This document shows, in pieces, positions 60,914-64,000 of a stretch of 64,000 bases of DNA; the stretch's first letter is position 1; every line of letters begins with the position of its first letter. The notes beneath the pieces were generated by a model. The model ran no database searches. It saw only the letters and a list, made by a program, of their open reading frames with translations, and was not told the origin of the DNA. A program made the translations under genes and the position numbers. Origin of the DNA: a bacterium (lineage in GTDB: Bacteria; Electryoneota; Electryoneia; Electryoneales; Electryoneaceae); the NCBI GenBank assembly GCA_963669175.1, contig OY769902.1, positions 4,864,001-4,928,000 on the forward strand. The letters run 5' to 3'.

Positions 60914-61690
60914 CTAACTCCTGTTAAATCCAGCTTGGAAATATGCACATTCCTGGCGGATAAAACAATGCTCACATTCGGGTTTACGTGCGTGACAAAT
61001 TTCACGTCCATAGTGAATCAAATGCAGGTGAAACTGGTATGATTTCCCTTCCGGCACCAACGTCTGCATCGCCCAGAATGTTTTATTCCGGTCCGGGCTT
61101 TCCGGCACAAAACCAAACCGCTGACATAAGCGATGGACATGCGTATCTACAGGAAAAACATCCACTCCCAGATCGAAACACATGACCACAGCCAGGGTTT
61201 TCAGGCCCAATCCCTTCAAATGCCCCAGTTCCTGCACTGCCTGGTCAAAGCTGTAATCTTCCAGAATATCAGCCGTGTAGTCGCCGTGATTCTCCTTCAA
61301 CCACTGCAATAACGCCTGGATTCGTTCTGCTTTCTGACGATTCAGCCCGGCCGGTCGCACCACATTCGCAACTTCTTCGAACGGCGCTTCAGCCACTTCC
61401 CGCCATGACTTATATCGCTTCCGTAACGCAGAATACGCCAAATCTCGGTTCTTGTCATTCGTGTTCTGTGAAAGTATGGTCTCTACGAGCCCTTCAAGCG
61501 GATCACGTCGCCCCGGCCAGTCCAATTCCCCCTTTTCCTGCTCAAAAGCATCGACAACACGTTGAACATGAGCAAGTGTATCCGAATCGGGAGAGGGCAG
61601 CGGCTTTCCATTGCGAGTAATGGAACGTGGCTGGGGCTGCTCGTTGGAATGTACAGACTTTTTTGTTTGACGTCGTGATTCACCACTCAC
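60914..61690 (-). CDS. nth: Endonuclease III-like HhH-GPD DNA glycosylase
   Basis: ILSQNTND, HhH LKGLGLKT, FPVDTHVHR and 4Fe-4S motif CHARKPECEHCFIRQEC. Confidence 0.85.
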   Translation of the reverse strand: MSGESRRQTKKSVHSNEQPQPRSITRNGKPLPSPDSDTLAHVQRVVDAFEQEKGELDWPGRRDPLEGLVETILSQNTNDKNRDLAYSALRKRYKSWREVAEAPFEEVANVVRPAGLNRQKAERIQALLQWLKENHGDYTADILEDYSFDQAVQELGHLKGLGLKTLAVVMCFDLGVDVFPVDTHVHRLCQRFGFVPESPDRNKTFWAMQTLVPEGKSYQFHLHLIHYGREICHARKPECEHCFIRQECAYFQAGFNRS

Positions 61691-61702
61691 GGACTACTCC
61701 TG

Positions 61703-61948
61703 GAATTAAAAATTAAAAATTAAGAATTGAAAACATCGGGGATCAGAAACTTTGTATAATTAGTAATTAGGAGTTAGGAATTAGGATTTGTTATAGCTTC
61801 AAATACTTGCTGAATAGTTCGACGTTATCTTTAAAGTTTAACCTATATAGACAACTTTACAACTTTACAACTTTACAACTTTACAACTTTACAACTTTCA
61901 ACCTTCTTTACCTTCTTTACCTTTTTCATTTTTTTCACTTCGCACTTC
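61703..61948 (+). repeat. 7-/8-/9-bp tandem repeat ladder
   Basis: AATTAAA/AATTAGG heptamers, (ACAACTTT)x6, then ACCTTCTTT/TTTTTCA nonamers. Confidence 0.85.
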
Positions 61949-63196
61949 AAACGGCATCTCGATCGGGATTTCGCCCAAGACTTCAATCGCCGCCGGATCG
62001 ATCCGCAGCACAGCGTCCTCCACATGGCCACCCGGTTCAAAATGCACTTTCGCCAGCTTCAGGAAACGTTTGATCAGGGCGTGACCGTAAGCGTCCAGAG
62101 CCTTGTATTCCTTCTTGTGGAAGCTGCCCTTGAACCGTTCCAGTTCGTCATCTGCGGCAGCGTGGAGGTCTTCTTTCAGCGCTTCAATACCGCCAGCAAA
62201 GGTCTGGGCGCGCATCCATTCCAGAAACTCCGCGACCTGCTGCTCCACGATTTCCTGGGCATCGGGCAGTTTCGAACAACGTCTTTCGGCGGTCTGCTCC
62301 AATTCGTGCTTCAGGTCTTGCAGATCGAATACATGACATTTGTCTATTTCAGCAACAGCAGGATCGATATCACGTGGCACAGCGAGGTCGGCCATGAATA
62401 ACGGACGCTCACGTCCGGTTATCATTTCGTTCTTCACCACATACCCCGGAGCCCCTGTCGCCGTAAAGACCACATCCGCGTTCTGTAACAGGTTGGACAA
62501 CTCTTCCCACTCCCCGACTTCGGACCCGAATGAAGCTGCCATCTTGCGTGCTACATACTCGGTGCGGTTCACCAAGGTTGCTCTCAAGCCTTTTCGCGTC
62601 AGGGTTGTGAGTACGGCTTCCGTAGTCTCATTGGCGCCGATGACAAGGATGTGTTCCGGTTGCGGGAGTTTCTCCAACAGCAGTTCCACCGCAGCGCCGG
62701 GAACACTTCGCGCCCCGGTTCCCAGTTCGGTCTCGGACTTGATGCGTTTGGATACACGGAAACCATGATGGAAAAGCTTGTGCAGCACCTTCCCAGGCCC
62801 GCCGAAGGCACAGGCTTGGGAATAGGCGTCCTTGACCTGCCCACGGATCTGCTCTTCGCCCACAACCAGCGAATCCATACCACTGATGACACGGAACAGG
62901 TGACGCGCCGCGCCAGCGCCGATATGACGATAGGAAAAATCCAGTACAACTTCCGGATTCGCTATTCCACGATTTCGGTAGAACTCTACAATTTCCTTGC
63001 CATGACGTCCCTTGGTGGGATGCACACGGTAGAACTCGACACGGTTACAGGTGGCGACAATGGCAACTTCCTCCACCTCGGACAGGCGTTTCAACTGCAA
63101 GACCGCCTCACCCAGCTCACGCCGGGTCAGTTGAAACGGCTCACGCTCGGAAAGAGTAGCCGTCTTGTGATTTATGCCGAATACTGAAAGGACCAT
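61898..63196 (-). CDS. hemA: Glutamyl-tRNA reductase
   Basis: GINHKTA, ATCNRVEFY, HLFRVISGMDSLVVGEEQI.GQVK and DLAVPRDID motifs; start MVLSV chosen. Confidence 0.96.
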   Translation of the reverse strand: MVLSVFGINHKTATLSEREPFQLTRRELGEAVLQLKRLSEVEEVAIVATCNRVEFYRVHPTKGRHGKEIVEFYRNRGIANPEVVLDFSYRHIGAGAARHLFRVISGMDSLVVGEEQIRGQVKDAYSQACAFGGPGKVLHKLFHHGFRVSKRIKSETELGTGARSVPGAAVELLLEKLPQPEHILVIGANETTEAVLTTLTRKGLRATLVNRTEYVARKMAASFGSEVGEWEELSNLLQNADVVFTATGAPGYVVKNEMITGRERPLFMADLAVPRDIDPAVAEIDKCHVFDLQDLKHELEQTAERRCSKLPDAQEIVEQQVAEFLEWMRAQTFAGGIEALKEDLHAAADDELERFKGSFHKKEYKALDAYGHALIKRFLKLAKVHFEPGGHVEDAVLRIDPAAIEVLGEIPIEMPFEVRSEKNEKGKEGKEG

Positions 63197-63595
63197 GTTC
63201 CTGTATAGCAAGGTGTTAAGATGTATGTTCGGGCAGAGCAAGATAGGGGAATCTAATTCGTCAGGCAACTCATCGGGAGGTGCGGATTTGCCCTTCGGGA
63301 ACTGAAAGAGACATGTTTCACGCAAAGACGCAAAGGCGCCAAGGAAAGACACGAAGAATAACCTATAGACAGCATTGAGAAACAACCACTCATTTGTTCC
63401 TGCTTGACCGCCGCCCGGCCGCAAGCACACCGGGCCTAATAAATCTGTTCAACTAACAACTCTTTGGCAGTGCAGGACAGCTCGCCACCTTCAAGGACTT
63501 GGGACAATTCTGCTCTTTTTCTTGAGATTGGCTTGTATCGTGGAGTTCTGAAACTCTAGTTTAGAAGAACATCCCTTGTTAAATGCGAGGTCACG

Positions 63596-64000
63596 ATGAA
63601 GCAAGTTCTATTTCTCCTGATGGCGATTATTGTCCTATTGCCAGTGTTGAGTTTCAGCCAGCCGATTCCTGTTCCGGAAGAGTCGTTTCTTCTTTCCCGT
63701 GGACGTGCAGACACGTTGATTCTGACAAGCCAATTTATTCCAATTTGCGATGCTCCGTCCTATTCATTGCTTCTTTTCGCGAATCCAAGGGTAGATTCTG
63801 TATACAGCGTTTACAGTTTTTCCAATGATTATGGCTTTGATATATACCCAGTTGCGACATTGCTTCCTGATTCCATCCTGGATCTGCTTATCAATCCTGA
63901 ATATGACTTGAACCCTCCCTATTGTTATATCGACTATGATCATAGTTTTACAAAAATAAACTATGACACGACCCTGACACTCTCAAATCATTCGTTCAAT
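63596..64000 (+). CDS. Secreted hypothetical protein (runs off the window edge)
   Basis: Hand-translated: GAGG RBS, MKQVLFLLMAIIVLLPVLSFSQP..., open to 64000. Confidence 0.65.
   Translation, partial: MKQVLFLLMAIIVLLPVLSFSQPIPVPEESFLLSRGRADTLILTSQFIPICDAPSYSLLLFANPRVDSVYSVYSFSNDYGFDIYPVATLLPDSILDLLINPEYDLNPPYCYIDYDHSFTKINYDTTLTLSNHSFN

Noticed and set aside
63197-63430. N-terminal extension of HemA in the ORF track
   Set aside because: It crosses a CACGCAAAGACGCAAAGG short repeat that also occurs near 13935. HemA homology starts at MVLSVFGINH.

Overview
Bacterial chromosomal window, probably from an FCB-superphylum lineage. This is inferred from a T9SS-type C-terminal sorting domain, HmuY plus a TonB receptor, a group II GGGP synthase and a Fibrobacter-type LexA box. 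About 45 CDS are supported. Housekeeping genes: metE, cutA, thpR-recA-recX-alaS, ppdK, an nth-like glycosylase and hemA. Other loci: a TetR/LolA-like/three-permease ABC exporter operon, a heme-uptake pair, a five-PAS hybrid kinase, and a four-gene Hmc-like redox complex whose NrfD subunit is fused to a six-heme cytochrome c. I recognised no rRNA, tRNA or CRISPR array. The most striking signal is non-coding. Many intergenic regions are built from several dispersed repeat families: a ~60-140 bp palindromic element, GGGACWG inverted doublets, GTCATCCCCG/CGGGGATC hairpins, GAA-loop mini-hairpins and ordered 7/8/9-bp tandem ladders. A REP-associated tyrosine transposase (RAYT) sits among them. Copies of the palindromic element bracket accessory genes (macrodomain, RAYT+FRG, a T9SS cargo protein) in a cassette-like way. 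All product calls come from motif recognition by eye, not from database searches.
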